NCBI GenBank assembly: GCA_045650505.1
Contig: JAZRRE010000031.1
Span: 95,885-159,884, forward strand
Reading direction: 5' to 3'
From: Clostridia bacterium
Lineage (GTDB): Bacteria > Bacillota > Clostridia > Christensenellales > UBA1242
DNA length: 64,000 bases
In this document: in pieces, positions 38,939 to 49,600 of the stretch
How the letters are laid out: each line of letters opens with the position of its first letter
How positions within the stretch are numbered: position 1 is the first letter of the stretch
Notes under the pieces: generated by a model
The model's database searches: none
Told to the model about the DNA's origin: nothing
What the model saw: only the letters and a program-made list of their open reading frames with translations
Program-made: the position numbers and the translations under genes

Positions 38939-39577
38939 ATGGAAATTTGGGATTTATATGATGAAAATCAATGCCTTACTGACAGAACTCATATAAGGGG
39001 AAATGAAATCCCTGAAGGGTTCTATCATTTGGTTGTTCATATTTGGATTCGAAATAAAGAAGGTAAATATTTAATCACAAAAAGAGCCGAAAATAGAAAA
39101 ACATATCCACTTATGTTTGAATGTGTTTCTGGTTCAGTGCTTCAAGGTGAAACCAGCAAAGAGGGTGCCATTCGTGAAGTGCTTGAAGAGGTTGGGTTAG
39201 ATTTCAAAAACAAAAAGGGCAAACTTGTTAAAAGTGAAGTTCGAAAAGAATTTAATGGCAAACCATTTAACGACATTTTGAATGTTTGGTTTTATGAGTT
39301 TGATGGTGAGATTGACCTTTCAAAGGCAACCACTGACGAAGTGTGTGAAGCAAAATGGGTTACACTTGATGAAATTAAAGAAATTGAAGAAGCAGGGCTT
39401 TTTGTTCCTTCTCTTGGATATATTTTTGAACTTGATAAAAAATTGAAAGAAAAAAAAGAAAAACAAAAAAAATTAAATAAAAATAAACAAAAGTCGAAAT
39501 ATAATAGTGACAAAAACAAATATTTTGCTTATTATGATGACATTAAACATTCATCACACAAAGTGATTGATTGGTAG
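38939..39577 (+). CDS. NUDIX hydrolase with a Lys-rich C-terminal tail
   Basis: Nudix box GSVLQGETSKEGAIREVLEEVGL. Tail KKLKEKKEKQKKLNKNKQKSK. Confidence 0.85.
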   Translation: MEIWDLYDENQCLTDRTHIRGNEIPEGFYHLVVHIWIRNKEGKYLITKRAENRKTYPLMFECVSGSVLQGETSKEGAIREVLEEVGLDFKNKKGKLVKSEVRKEFNGKPFNDILNVWFYEFDGEIDLSKATTDEVCEAKWVTLDEIKEIEEAGLFVPSLGYIFELDKKLKEKKEKQKKLNKNKQKSKYNSDKNKYFAYYDDIKHSSHKVIDW

Positions 39578-39586
39578 GATAATTTT

Positions 39587-40459
39587 ATGGAAAAACTTAT
39601 TGCTATTGTTGGACAAACTTCATCAGGAAAAAGTTCGCTTGGAATCGCCCTTGCGAAGTTTTTTGATGGCGAAATTGTTTCAGCCGATTCAAGACAGGTT
39701 TATAAGGGTCTTGATTGGTGCTCTGGAAAAGTGACCAAAGAAGAAATGGCAGAAGTTAAACATCATTTAATTGATATCACAACTCTTGGCAATCAGTTTT
39801 CACTTTTTGATTTTCAAACAAAAGCATACGAAGCGATTGATGACATTTTAAAAAGAGGCAAAGTTCCATTTTTAGTTGGTGGCACAGGGCTTTACTCAAG
39901 GTCGGTTATTGAAGGGTATGGTTTAGAGCCTTCAAAACCAGATGAAACCTTGCGAACTTCACTTGAAGGTTTAAGTCTTGAAGAACTCAAACAAATGGCA
40001 AGTGAAAAAGGCTTTGATGTGGAAGGGGAAACCACTTGCAGAAGGCTCATTCGTTTGCTTGAGAAAAACCCTGAAGAAAAACAAGAAAATAAACCTCGTT
40101 ATGATGTGCTTCAAATAGGAATTGCTTTTTCAAGAGAAGAAATTTATGAAAGAATTAGGGTTCGTCTTGAAATGCGTATGCCAAATATGATTGAAGAAAT
40201 TAAAGGGCTTCTTTCTAGTGGTGTTAGCCCTGAATTTTTAAATACTCTTGGGCTTGAAGCAAAATATGTTCAAAAATATTTAAATGGTGAATTTGAAAGT
40301 TATGAAGCCTTTTTTGAAGAACTTTTCAAAGAAGAGCGACATTTTGCCAAAAGGCAAAAAACATGGTATAACAAAGAAAAAAATATCGTTTGGCTTGATG
40401 CAAATGATAATTTAGAAGAAAACGCTAAAAAACTTATTAAAGAATTTTTGAAAAAATAA
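39587..40459 (+). CDS. miaA: tRNA dimethylallyltransferase
   Basis: P-loop GQTSSGKS, SADSRQVYKGLD. Confidence 0.9.
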   Translation: MEKLIAIVGQTSSGKSSLGIALAKFFDGEIVSADSRQVYKGLDWCSGKVTKEEMAEVKHHLIDITTLGNQFSLFDFQTKAYEAIDDILKRGKVPFLVGGTGLYSRSVIEGYGLEPSKPDETLRTSLEGLSLEELKQMASEKGFDVEGETTCRRLIRLLEKNPEEKQENKPRYDVLQIGIAFSREEIYERIRVRLEMRMPNMIEEIKGLLSSGVSPEFLNTLGLEAKYVQKYLNGEFESYEAFFEELFKEERHFAKRQKTWYNKEKNIVWLDANDNLEENAKKLIKEFLKK

Positions 40460-40576
40460 AAATAAAATAGATAAAAATTAAAAATAAATACACATAAAAA
40501 CACTTTGCAATCTTGAAGCAAGGGTTTATAATGAATTTATGTTAATTTAAGATTTTATCTTAAAAGTGAGGATATT

Positions 40577-41836
40577 ATGAAAATTTCGACTAATCCTGTT
40601 CGTGGCACAGTTGATTATCTTCCAGCAGAAATGGATGTTAGAAGTTATGCCGAACAGATTATTTTACAAACCTATAAACAAAACGGATTTTTGCAAATCA
40701 AAACCCCAATTTTAGAAAGTTTAGACTTGCTCACCAGTGGTGACTCTGGTGACAATCAAAAACTTATGTTTAAAACAATCAAGCGTGGCGACAAACTTGA
40801 CCTTACAAAACCAGACCTTAAAGAAAGTGATATTGTTGAAGAAGGTCTTCGTTATGACTTAACCGTTCCGCTTGTTAGATTTTTCTTGAACAACAAAGAA
40901 AAATTGCCAACCCCATTTAAAGCAATTCAAATTGATGAATCGTTTAGAGCAGAACGCCCACAACGTGGTCGTGTTCGCCAATTCACTCAATGTGATATTG
41001 ATATTTTGGGTGACAGTTCTCCACTTTGCGAAGTTGAACTTTTATATTCATATATGTGTGCGTACGCGAGGTTAGGCTTTAAAAATGTGACCATTAAAGT
41101 TAATGACAGAAGAGCACTTAACGAAATCATCACAAGTTGTGGTTTTGACTCTAGCAAAGTGATTGATGTTTGTGTGAGTTTAGACAAACTTGACAAGATT
41201 GGTTATGAAGCCGTTGCAAACGAACTTGTTTCAAATGGTTTTGAAGCAGGTGCCGTTCAAAAACTTATGCAAGCAATCGAAAAAATTAAAACAGCAAAAA
41301 CAAACGCTGAAAGTTTTGAACTTTTACTTGCAGCAGGTGTTTCAAACGCTGTTGTTGATTCACTTAAAACAATCATTGACACAGCAACAAAATTTAAAGT
41401 TAACGAAACATTTAAAGTTGTTTACGATGTGACAATCATTCGTGGTCAAGGTTATTACACCGGCACTGTGTTTGAAGTTTATGATGAAGAGTTCGGCAGA
41501 GCAATCGGCGGTGGTGGAAGATATGACAAGATGATTGAAAAATTTGCTGGTGTGTCTATTCCTGCTGTTGGTGCAAGCATTGGGCTTTATTCAGTTGTAA
41601 TGCTTATGGTTGAAAGAAAAGCAAAAACTTCAAGCAAAAAACTTGCACTTGTTTATGATAAAAATGCTTCATTTGAAGACATTATGAAAGCAAAAATTGA
41701 ACTTATGCAAAAAGGCTATGATGTTTCAACTTTTGCTTTTCCAAAAAACTTCAATAATTTTGCTGACAAAATAAAACAAAATGGCTATAATCAAATTGTG
41801 AAGATTGCAGACACAAGCAAAATCATTGATTTATAA
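40577..41836 (+). CDS. hisS: histidine--tRNA ligase
   Basis: Class II motif 2 FRAERPQRGRVRQFTQCD, motif 3 GGGGRYD. Promoter TTGCAA-16-TATAAT at 40505-40532. Confidence 0.9.
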   Translation: MKISTNPVRGTVDYLPAEMDVRSYAEQIILQTYKQNGFLQIKTPILESLDLLTSGDSGDNQKLMFKTIKRGDKLDLTKPDLKESDIVEEGLRYDLTVPLVRFFLNNKEKLPTPFKAIQIDESFRAERPQRGRVRQFTQCDIDILGDSSPLCEVELLYSYMCAYARLGFKNVTIKVNDRRALNEIITSCGFDSSKVIDVCVSLDKLDKIGYEAVANELVSNGFEAGAVQKLMQAIEKIKTAKTNAESFELLLAAGVSNAVVDSLKTIIDTATKFKVNETFKVVYDVTIIRGQGYYTGTVFEVYDEEFGRAIGGGGRYDKMIEKFAGVSIPAVGASIGLYSVVMLMVERKAKTSSKKLALVYDKNASFEDIMKAKIELMQKGYDVSTFAFPKNFNNFADKIKQNGYNQIVKIADTSKIIDL

Positions 41837-41847
41837 GCAGGTGAATA

Positions 41848-42420
41848 ATGGACTTTCAAGTTGCAAATTGGTTTTATCACACATTTGGAAACAACAAAGT
41901 TATTTTAACCATTGCAAAAATTATCACACACATTGGCGACTTTTGGTCAATTGTTGCAATTCTTGCCGTTTTGCTTGCCATCAAAAAAACTCGAAAACTT
42001 GGTGTTTATGCGATGATTACCGTGCTTATAACATTTTTGTTTAATGAGTATTTTTTGAAACTTGTTATCGGCAGGGCAAGACCATTTGAATCGCACCCTG
42101 AATTTATGTCAGCGTTAGAACTTGCGAATTATGATATTCCAAGTGGTTCATCAATGGCGTCAGGTCATTCAACTGTTTCAATGTGTCTTGCTGTTTCTGT
42201 GTTTATGTTCCATAAAAAAATTGGAATTGGTGCAATTTCAGTATCTGTTATTTGTGGGCTTACAAGAATGATACTTTGTGTTCATTATTTAACAGATGTT
42301 TTGGTGGGGTTTGCTGTTGGCATAATTTTTGCAATAGCAATGCACTACTTAATTAAATTCGTTCAAAATAAAATAGAAAGGAAGGTTTTAGAAAATGAAA
42401 ACAATCGTGCTCGCAACTAA
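41848..42420 (+). CDS. PAP2-family membrane phosphatase (BcrC/PgpB-like)
   Basis: Motifs KLVIGRARPF, PSGSSMASGHS, TRMILCVHYLTD. Confidence 0.8.
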   Translation: MDFQVANWFYHTFGNNKVILTIAKIITHIGDFWSIVAILAVLLAIKKTRKLGVYAMITVLITFLFNEYFLKLVIGRARPFESHPEFMSALELANYDIPSGSSMASGHSTVSMCLAVSVFMFHKKIGIGAISVSVICGLTRMILCVHYLTDVLVGFAVGIIFAIAMHYLIKFVQNKIERKVLENENNRARN

Positions 42421-43021
42421 TAATGCACACAAACTTCAAGAAATTAAAGATATGATGCAAGGTTATAGCATTGTGTCACTTCAAGACATTGGTTTTGTTG
42501 GTGATATTGCTGAAACAGGCACAACAATGGAAGCAAATGCAAAAATCAAAGCAACAACAATTGCTGAATTTTGCAGAGAAAAAGGTCTTGATTATGCAGT
42601 TATGGCAGATGACTCTGGTCTTTGCGTAAATGCTCTTGGAGGGGCTCCTGGTGTTAACTCTGCAAGATATGCAGGTGACCATAATGATGAAGCAAACAGA
42701 AAGAAACTTCTTGAAGAACTTGATGGAAGATTTGACAGAATGGCAAACTATGAATGCGTTATTTGTTATGTTGATGGCAGCGTTGTTAGAACATTTGTGG
42801 GCAGAACTTATGGTGAAATCACAACAGAAAAAATTGGTGATGAATCATTCTGCTATGATTGTTTATTCTATTCAGCAGACCTTAAAAAGACATTTGGTCA
42901 GGCAACTGAAGAAGAAAAGAATGCTGTTTCTCACAGGGGCAGAGCTGTTGAAAAATTAAAACTCTATTTAAGAGAAAAGAACCCTAATTTCGATAGAACT
43001 TTGGTTTTCAATAAAAAGTAA
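42395..43021 (+). CDS. rdgB: dITP/XTP pyrophosphatase (RdgB/HAM1 family)
   Basis: N-terminus IVLATNNAHKLQE, SHRGRA near the C-terminus. Overlaps the upstream gene by 26 nt. Confidence 0.85.
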   Translation: MKTIVLATNNAHKLQEIKDMMQGYSIVSLQDIGFVGDIAETGTTMEANAKIKATTIAEFCREKGLDYAVMADDSGLCVNALGGAPGVNSARYAGDHNDEANRKKLLEELDGRFDRMANYECVICYVDGSVVRTFVGRTYGEITTEKIGDESFCYDCLFYSADLKKTFGQATEEEKNAVSHRGRAVEKLKLYLREKNPNFDRTLVFNKK

Positions 43022-43032
43022 AATGAAAAAAT

Positions 43033-43060
43033 AAAACGAGCAAATTTTGCTCGTTTTTAT
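43033..43060. terminator. bidirectional terminator
   Basis: Palindrome ACGAGCAAATTTTGCTCGT flanked by an A-run and a T-run. Confidence 0.8.
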
Positions 43061-43064
43061 TTTG

Positions 43065-43859
43065 TTAAAAATATGTTTTTGTTGCGTTTTTAATGCGTTC
43101 GCATTCGGCATTAGAAACACAAACTTTTCCGCGATTAAGAATTGCAAATGCTGGAAAATTGTTGTCATAAACAGCATCATAACCAAGAAGAATTGCCGTT
43201 ATTGATGGGTCATTTAAAAGAGTGTAGAAGAATGCTGTTTGATGTTTTGGTTCGGGAATTGCAAGTGTGAAATTTTTAATTTCTTCTAAAATTTGTTTAT
43301 GGCTTTCAACTGATGGTTCTTCACCATTAAAAATTCTTGATAAATCAATTTTTAAAGTGAAATCATCAATAATTTTTAAGTCTGGGGCTTTGAATTTGAG
43401 CACACAGTCGTGTTTAGAATTTTTGCTGCTATAAAGGTTTGCTTTGTCATAAATGTCTGATGCAAACAAACCATTGCAAGCGTCACCAACACCTTTATGA
43501 TAATGTTCATCAAACAAAAGATTTGCGTGATGTTCAATTTCACGAACTCCACGATAAAGTTCTTTGCCTTTAATGTGATGACCAAGATAGTTAAAATGAA
43601 ATCCGTCAAGTTTTGCATATTTTTCATTTGAAATGATTTGTGGAAGGTCGGTGTAACCAACGGCCTCAACCATTTGTGCAAAAGCTTGAATTCGAAATTC
43701 TTGTTCGGCAAGTTTTTTGTAATAGTCATCAAGGTTTGGATTTTGTGGGTCAGGGAAAACATTTATAGATGGCAAAACGCCAAGTTCGGCTTCTAAATTT
43801 ATCATTATTTCATAAAGCTTATTTAGTTTTTGTGATGTTGTTAAATTTTTCATAATCAT
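43065..43859 (-). CDS. hypothetical protein (about 264 aa)
   Basis: An extended -10 (TGaTATAAT at 43878-43870) lies 10 nt upstream of the ATG at 43859, so the upstream part of the ORF-track call is untranscribed. No family recognised. Confidence 0.65.
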   Translation of the reverse strand: MIMKNLTTSQKLNKLYEIMINLEAELGVLPSINVFPDPQNPNLDDYYKKLAEQEFRIQAFAQMVEAVGYTDLPQIISNEKYAKLDGFHFNYLGHHIKGKELYRGVREIEHHANLLFDEHYHKGVGDACNGLFASDIYDKANLYSSKNSKHDCVLKFKAPDLKIIDDFTLKIDLSRIFNGEEPSVESHKQILEEIKNFTLAIPEPKHQTAFFYTLLNDPSITAILLGYDAVYDNNFPAFAILNRGKVCVSNAECERIKNATKTYF

Positions 43860-43954
43860 ACCAAAAAAAATTATATCACAGCAAAAGAAATTCGTAAATA
43901 CCAAAACTTAAAATAGCTGCATAAAAATAGATTTTAACGATTTTTAAAAAAACA

Positions 43955-43983
43955 TTGACATTTTCATAAAAAGTTATTAGAAT
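43955..43983 (+). promoter_or_regulatory. distal promoter upstream of rpmG
   Basis: TTGACA, a 17-nt spacer, then TAGAAT. Confidence 0.5.
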
Positions 43984-44045
43984 ATAGTCAAGCTTAATAT
44001 CACAAGAGTAATTTAATGTTTCGCAGGAAATATTAAATTTTTCTA

Positions 44046-44074
44046 TTGACAGCAAAAGTTTGTTGTGATATTAT
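44046..44074 (+). promoter_or_regulatory. proximal rpmG-secE-nusG promoter
   Basis: TTGACA, a 17-nt spacer, then TGaTATTAT (extended -10). Confidence 0.65.
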
Positions 44075-44125
44075 ATCATAGCACCGAACCAAATGGTAGG
44101 TGTTAATTTTTTGAGGAGAAAAATT

Positions 44126-44275
44126 ATGAGAAATAGAATTACTTTGGAATGCACAGAATGTAAGAATCGTAACTACGAAAGCTTCAAAAACAAGAAGAAT
44201 GACCCAGACAGATTAACATTCAATAAATATTGTCCAACATGCAAAAAACACACAGCACATAAAGAATCTAAATAG
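44126..44275 (+). CDS. rpmG: 50S ribosomal protein L33 (zinc-ribbon form)
   Basis: [17 protein letters not shown]...[13 protein letters not shown]. Start trimmed to the ATG after GAGGAG. Confidence 0.95.
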   Translation: MRNRITLECTECKNRNYESFKNKKNDPDRLTFNKYCPTCKKHTAHKESK

Positions 44276-44287
44276 TGGGAGAGGACT

Positions 44288-44635
44288 ATGGCAAAAAATA
44301 AAAAAATGCCTACAAAAGAGAATGCAGAGATTGAAAAATCTGATGAAGTTTTAACTGAAGTTAGCAAGAAAGATTTAAAGGCTAAAGCAAAAGCTGAAAA
44401 AACAGCAAAAACTTCAAAGCAAACAAAAACTCAAAAGAAAGCAAAGGTTGAAAAGCAAAAAAGAAGCCGCATAAAAGAAACAGTTTCAGAACTTAAAAAA
44501 GTTTCTTGGCCTTCATTTGGAAAAGCTTGCAAACAAACAGGAACAGTTTTAGCAGTTGTTGCTGTTTTTCTGCTCGTTGTTTTGGGTATTGATTCTCTTC
44601 TTACATGGATTATAAATTTGATTGTTAATATTTAA
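44288..44635 (+). CDS. secE: preprotein translocase subunit SecE with a long Lys-rich N-terminal extension
   Basis: C-terminal segment ELKKVSWPS...TVLAVVAVFLLVVLGIDSLL is the SecE transmembrane core. Position between rpmG and nusG. Confidence 0.85.
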   Translation: MAKNKKMPTKENAEIEKSDEVLTEVSKKDLKAKAKAEKTAKTSKQTKTQKKAKVEKQKRSRIKETVSELKKVSWPSFGKACKQTGTVLAVVAVFLLVVLGIDSLLTWIINLIVNI

Positions 44636-44682
44636 TATGGCTTATGCCCCAAAAAATATTAAGGCATAGAAGGAAAGATTAT

Positions 44683-45222
44683 ATGATTGATACATCTAAA
44701 TTAGAAGAACCTAAATGGTATGTGCTTCACACATTCACAGGTTATGAGGCTATGGCTGTTGATAACCTTAATAAATGTGTAATTAAAAACAATCTTCAAG
44801 ACTATATTTTGGAAGTTAAAATTCCAATGGAAACAGTTATTGAAGAAGGTAAAAATGGCAAAAAGAATGCAGTTGAAAGAAAACTCTTTCCTTGCTACAT
44901 TTTAATTAAGATGAGATACACTGACAGTTTGTGGCACACAATTGTTAACTCTCGTGGTGTAACCGGATTTGTAGGCCCACAAGGTCGTCCACTTCCTCTT
45001 ACAGATGAAGAAGTTAAGAAAATGAAACTTGAACCTGTTGTTGTTGACATCAAGGTTGAAGTGGGTCAAAAAGTTAAAATGACTGATGGTGCGCTTGACG
45101 GTTTTGTTGGAACTGTTATGTCAGTTGATGAAAATGAACAAAAGTGCAGAGTAGAAGTTGAGATGTTTGGAAGACCAACACCAATCGATGTTGATTTTTC
45201 ACAAATCGAAATTATAGATTAA
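44683..45222 (+). CDS. nusG: transcription termination/antitermination factor NusG
   Basis: WYVLHTFTGYE, GVTGFVG, KOW region. Start trimmed to the ATG after GAAGGAAAG. Confidence 0.93.
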   Translation: MIDTSKLEEPKWYVLHTFTGYEAMAVDNLNKCVIKNNLQDYILEVKIPMETVIEEGKNGKKNAVERKLFPCYILIKMRYTDSLWHTIVNSRGVTGFVGPQGRPLPLTDEEVKKMKLEPVVVDIKVEVGQKVKMTDGALDGFVGTVMSVDENEQKCRVEVEMFGRPTPIDVDFSQIEIID

Positions 45223-45231
45223 TTTGGTATA

Positions 45232-45333
45232 TTCAGGCTTGCCAGCCTGTCTATATATAGGTGGGAGAAGTAAATTTTTCATGCTTCAATATAAACCACA
45301 ATTATTCGAATGAATCGAATAAAGGAGATTATT
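45232..45333 (+). promoter_or_regulatory. rplK-rplA leader with a GC-rich hairpin (possible L1-binding autoregulatory leader)
   Basis: Stem CAGGCT/AGCCTG (45234-45249) with no U-run, followed by GGGAGAAG. The function is inferred from position only. Confidence 0.3.
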
Positions 45334-45765
45334 ATGGCAGCAAAAAAGAAAATTAAAGCAACCGTAAAAATCCAAATTCCTGCTGCAAAAGCAACTGCAG
45401 GTCCTCCAATCGGCTCAAGCCTTGGACCTCATGGAATTAACATTGGTCAATTTGTTAAGGATTTTAACGCAAAAACTGCAGACAAAGAAGGCTTAATCAT
45501 TCCTGTTATCATGACAATTTATGAAGACAGAAGTTTTGACTTCGTATTAAAGACACCTCCTGCAGCAGTTCTTATTATGAAAGAACTTGGTCTTTCAAAG
45601 GCTTCAGGTGTTCCAAACAAAACAAAGGTCGGAAAATTAACACTTGCTCAAGTTGAAAAGATTGCTAAAATCAAATTACCTGATTTAAACGCAACATCTC
45701 TTGAATCAGCAATGAGCATGGTTAAGGGAACAGCACGCTCAATGGGCGTTACTGTTGAAGAATAA
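45334..45765 (+). CDS. rplK: 50S ribosomal protein L11
   Basis: [26 protein letters not shown]. Start trimmed to the ATG after AAAGGAG. Confidence 0.97.
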   Translation: MAAKKKIKATVKIQIPAAKATAGPPIGSSLGPHGINIGQFVKDFNAKTADKEGLIIPVIMTIYEDRSFDFVLKTPPAAVLIMKELGLSKASGVPNKTKVGKLTLAQVEKIAKIKLPDLNATSLESAMSMVKGTARSMGVTVEE

Positions 45766-45779
45766 AGGAGGCAGAGATT

Positions 45780-46472
45780 ATGAAGAAATTTGGTAAGAAT
45801 TATAGAAATGCTTCTGAAAAAATCGAAGCCGGAAAACTTTATGAAGTTGCTGATGCTTTAGCACTTGCTATCGACACTGCAACAGCAAAATTTGATGAAA
45901 CAATCGAAATTCACATTCGTCTTGGTGTTGACCCAAGAAGTGCTGACCAACAAGTTCGTGGAAGCGTTGTTCTTCCTAACGGAACTGGTAAAACAGCAAA
46001 AGTTGTTGTTATCGCTAAAGGTGACAAAGCTGATGCAGCTAAAGCAGCTGGTGCTGATGTTGTTGGTGCAGAAGAAATCGTTGACAAGATTATGAAAGAA
46101 AACTGGCTTGATTTCGACGTATGTATCACAACTCCTGATATGATGGGTGTTGTAGGTAGATGTGCTCGTGTTCTTGGACCTCGTGGTTTAATGCCAAACC
46201 CAAAGAGCGGCACAGTTACTATGGACGTTGAAAAGGCTATCAAAGATGTTAAAGCTGGTAAAGTTGAATACAGAGTTGACAAATTTGGTATCGTTCACGC
46301 TGCAATCGGTAAAAAGAGCTTTGGCGTTGAAAAACTTATGGAAAACTATGATACATTTGTTGATGCTATCGTTAAAGCTAAACCACAAGCTGCTAAAGGA
46401 ACATACATTAAGTCTGTTAACCTTGCAAGCACAATGGGACCTGGCGTTAAAGTTATGTACAGAGCAAAATAG
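45780..46472 (+). CDS. rplA: 50S ribosomal protein L1
   Basis: [40 protein letters not shown]. Confidence 0.97.
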   Translation: MKKFGKNYRNASEKIEAGKLYEVADALALAIDTATAKFDETIEIHIRLGVDPRSADQQVRGSVVLPNGTGKTAKVVVIAKGDKADAAKAAGADVVGAEEIVDKIMKENWLDFDVCITTPDMMGVVGRCARVLGPRGLMPNPKSGTVTMDVEKAIKDVKAGKVEYRVDKFGIVHAAIGKKSFGVEKLMENYDTFVDAIVKAKPQAAKGTYIKSVNLASTMGPGVKVMYRAK

Positions 46473-46487
46473 TTTAATAAACAATTT

Positions 46488-46518
46488 AAGTCTTAACCTA
46501 AAGGTTAAGGCTTTTTTC
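46488..46518 (+). terminator. terminator after rplA
   Basis: Stem AGTCTTAACC/GGTTAAGGCT (one G-U pair), then T6. Confidence 0.8.
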
Positions 46519-46648
46519 TTGCAAATTTTTAAAATATGGTCAAATTGCACAAAAAAATTTATACATTTATTACTTAATCTTATGTTTAATTTGACTAATA
46601 AAAAATATAAATGTTACTATCAAATTGGATAATTATTTGAGGTGTGAT

Positions 46649-49600
46649 ATGGCTGATTCAATAAGCTTAAAAGATAAAAAGTTACAAAGAAAACAAAATC
46701 AATTAAAAGGCAAAGAATTTAAGCAAGAACAACAGGCAAATGCTGAAAAAGAAATAAAAGAAATGTCTGCTGATGTTCAAAAAGATTCTCGTTCTTCAAG
46801 ATTGAAAAGTTTATCTGAAGCAAAAAAGAAAGAAATGCTTGAAGAGTATGAAAGGGTTGTAAAAAAACTTAAAGAACTTGAACTTCGCAACAAAAAGAAA
46901 GAAGACTTTAAGTATAAATTTAAAAACCTTAATTATTTTCCAACTTTGAATGGTCATTCAGTGTATAGTGAAAGTATGCAGTCTCAAGCAAAAGCAGATA
47001 AAGATTCAATTTCTGCCATGATGGCTTATGGTCAACTTGGCGCAGGTTTTGAAGTTACTTTCGAACAAATGACACAATATATCCGCCCAGAAAGAAAACA
47101 AGAATTTCTTGCTCTTTGCAAAAATAACCCAGAACTTTCGCATAACCTTATGGGTATGACAAAGGTGCTTCAATTTTATAATCAAAGAGATTTCACTAGA
47201 GCCTATGCTGCGATGGTGTTTTTTGGTCTTGAAAACAATATGGACCTTATGGAAACCTTTTTAAAGGTTAAGTTTAATGCTGACTTCAAACAACAAGTTG
47301 ATAAATTTAAATTGCAAATTGCAATGGCTTCATCTTATGAAGAAAAAGAAATTAGAACTGAAGCGGGAACAAATGTTTTCAGCCAACACGATGCCGCAAC
47401 AACAGCAATACTTTCTTCTTATACCGGAAAAGAAGTTGATTTTACTTCAAAAGAAGTTCGAGTTAAGATGTTTTCAAGTAATAAACAAGAGAAATCTGAA
47501 ACAAAAAAAATAAAAGAAGGTCAAATACAAGTGTTATCAGACATTTGTAAGGCAGCAAAAGAAGCAAGTGGAGGAGATGTTGAAAAATTTAAAAAAGAAG
47601 CACATAAAATGCTTCGTACTGTAGTTGATGCTGAAAAAACGGAAAAAAGGTTAGATATTGTAACAAAAGAAAATAAGGTAGTAGAGGGGATAAAGAGCGG
47701 AAAAATAACATCAGTGGGTTTATTTGGAACAACAATGGATACTGAAACCACTTTGGATACTTATACTTTAATTACAGGTGCGGAAAAGGCAAAATTAGAT
47801 GCAAAAGTTGAAGAAGATTTTCAGGATATAATGTTTGTAAGCTTAACAGAGGAAATAGAAAAACGAAAGAAGGCAATGGATGAAAATCCTACACCTGAAA
47901 ATATTGCAGCATATAAACAAATAATGGGAGTTGTAAAAGCAAGAAATGCTGCTAGAGCAGAAGAACTTAAAAGGCCAGACAAATTGTTAAAAAAGGCAAG
48001 AGAAAAATTATCAAAAGCTGAAACAGAAGAAGAAAAAGAAAGTTTAGAAATAGAGATTGCAGAACTTGAATTTGAGTGTAAATTAGATGTATTTTTAGAT
48101 AGAAAAGAACTAGAGAACATCAAAGAAAGACAAGATAGTGAAAAAGATAATTTTACACATATGTTGCAATTGAAAAAAATGATTACAGAAAGAGAGATGT
48201 TTTTAAACGAAGCAAAAAAAGCGGGTAGATATAAAGAGGGTTATGCTCTTTATCCTAAACTTGTTCAACTTGAACAAATGATTGGAGAAATGAAAGAGCT
48301 CAATAGAAAAAAAGCATCGGCAAATTTGGGTGCAATTAAGGATTATAAGGTAAATGAGAAAACTTCAGAATGGTTTTCAAGTTTTTCAGTTGAAAACCAT
48401 TTTAATATACTGAATAAAACAGAAATTGTACAAGGCGTTCCTGATTCAACCTTTGAAGTAATAAAAGATGGCTTGATAAATGGTCTATCAGGACAGGGAA
48501 CTGTTGATATAGGTTCTTCTGAAATTAAAGAATCAACATTAGAACAAAGTGAAGGTGGTTTAGATATATCAACACTTTTAAAAGGTATAGGACCTCAAAT
48601 AAGATATTATGAAAACAATCATCCAAATGGATTTTCTGGATGGATTGATGTTGAAATAAGTAAATTTGAAACATTAATAGAGCAAGCATTAAGTCAAATA
48701 AAAAGTTTACCAAGTGAAAATATAAGTGAAATACAGTCTTTAACTGCCGACATTGAAAAATATAGAAGACAGATAGATATTCGTTTAGTGTATAAATCAA
48801 AATATGTTGAATATATAGAAAATGAAGAAAAATTAAAGCCTTCTAAAGGAAAAACACCAGAAGAAAAAATACAAGTTGCATTAAAAAAAATAGATTCGAA
48901 ATTAAGAACTCCAATTGATGGTAGACAAGAGTATATTGATGAGTTGAAACCAGAAGAAGTTCCGGCTAGAATAACAGATAAAACTATTAAAAATATTGTA
49001 AATATGGTTTTAGATTTATTGAGTGAAATCAATGAACTTGAATTGTCAAATATAAATGAAGAAACTTTATCAAAAATTAATATTTATTTAAACAAGACTT
49101 CAAATTTATTAGAACAATTACAAGGAAAAATTTCAGAAGAAGAATTTAATGCTTTAAAAGGAAGAAAAGAATTATTATCTGAAAACTTCAAAAAATTATC
49201 TGAAAAATCTTCAAAACCAAACGCAGGAGAAGAATTAGGAAGTGAATCTAGAGTAGAAAGTCCACAAGAATTAGTTAGTTTAAATATAAATTCAATAAAA
49301 ATATTGAAAAGAGAAGCTGTGATAAGAGTATTAGAAAGAAAAAATATTTCATTAGAAACTAAATTTTCAAGAGTTGCAACTTCTGAAACTAACGGATTTG
49401 ATGATACTTTTGAAGAATTTAAATATAGCAAAAAAGGAATGCGAAGATTTTTAGCAAACCAAAGAAAAAATCTTGAAAACGCAATAGCTGCTGGAGAAAA
49501 TGCTGAAAAAATTGAAGAACTTCAAGCTAAAATAAAGAGAATAGAAGACAGAATTCGTGAGTTAGAAATAGAACATAAACATTTATCAAGTATAAGAATG

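Noticed and set aside
40460-40576. A T-box riboswitch upstream of hisS
   Set aside because: The leader downstream of the promoter is only about 40 nt. It has no specifier loop, T-box sequence or terminator/antiterminator pair.
43065-43859. Possible ADP-ribosyltransferase-like motif (ELYRGV … LFASD …) in the 264-aa orphan
   Set aside because: Only a YRG tripeptide and a vague Ser-containing stretch are present. I could find no convincing STS or ExE catalytic motif. The resemblance is too weak to call without a profile search.
45234-45249. The hairpin CAGGCT-tgcc-AGCCTG after nusG as an intrinsic terminator
   Set aside because: No U-run follows it. It is more likely part of the rplK leader structure, and it is listed only as a low-confidence regulatory feature.
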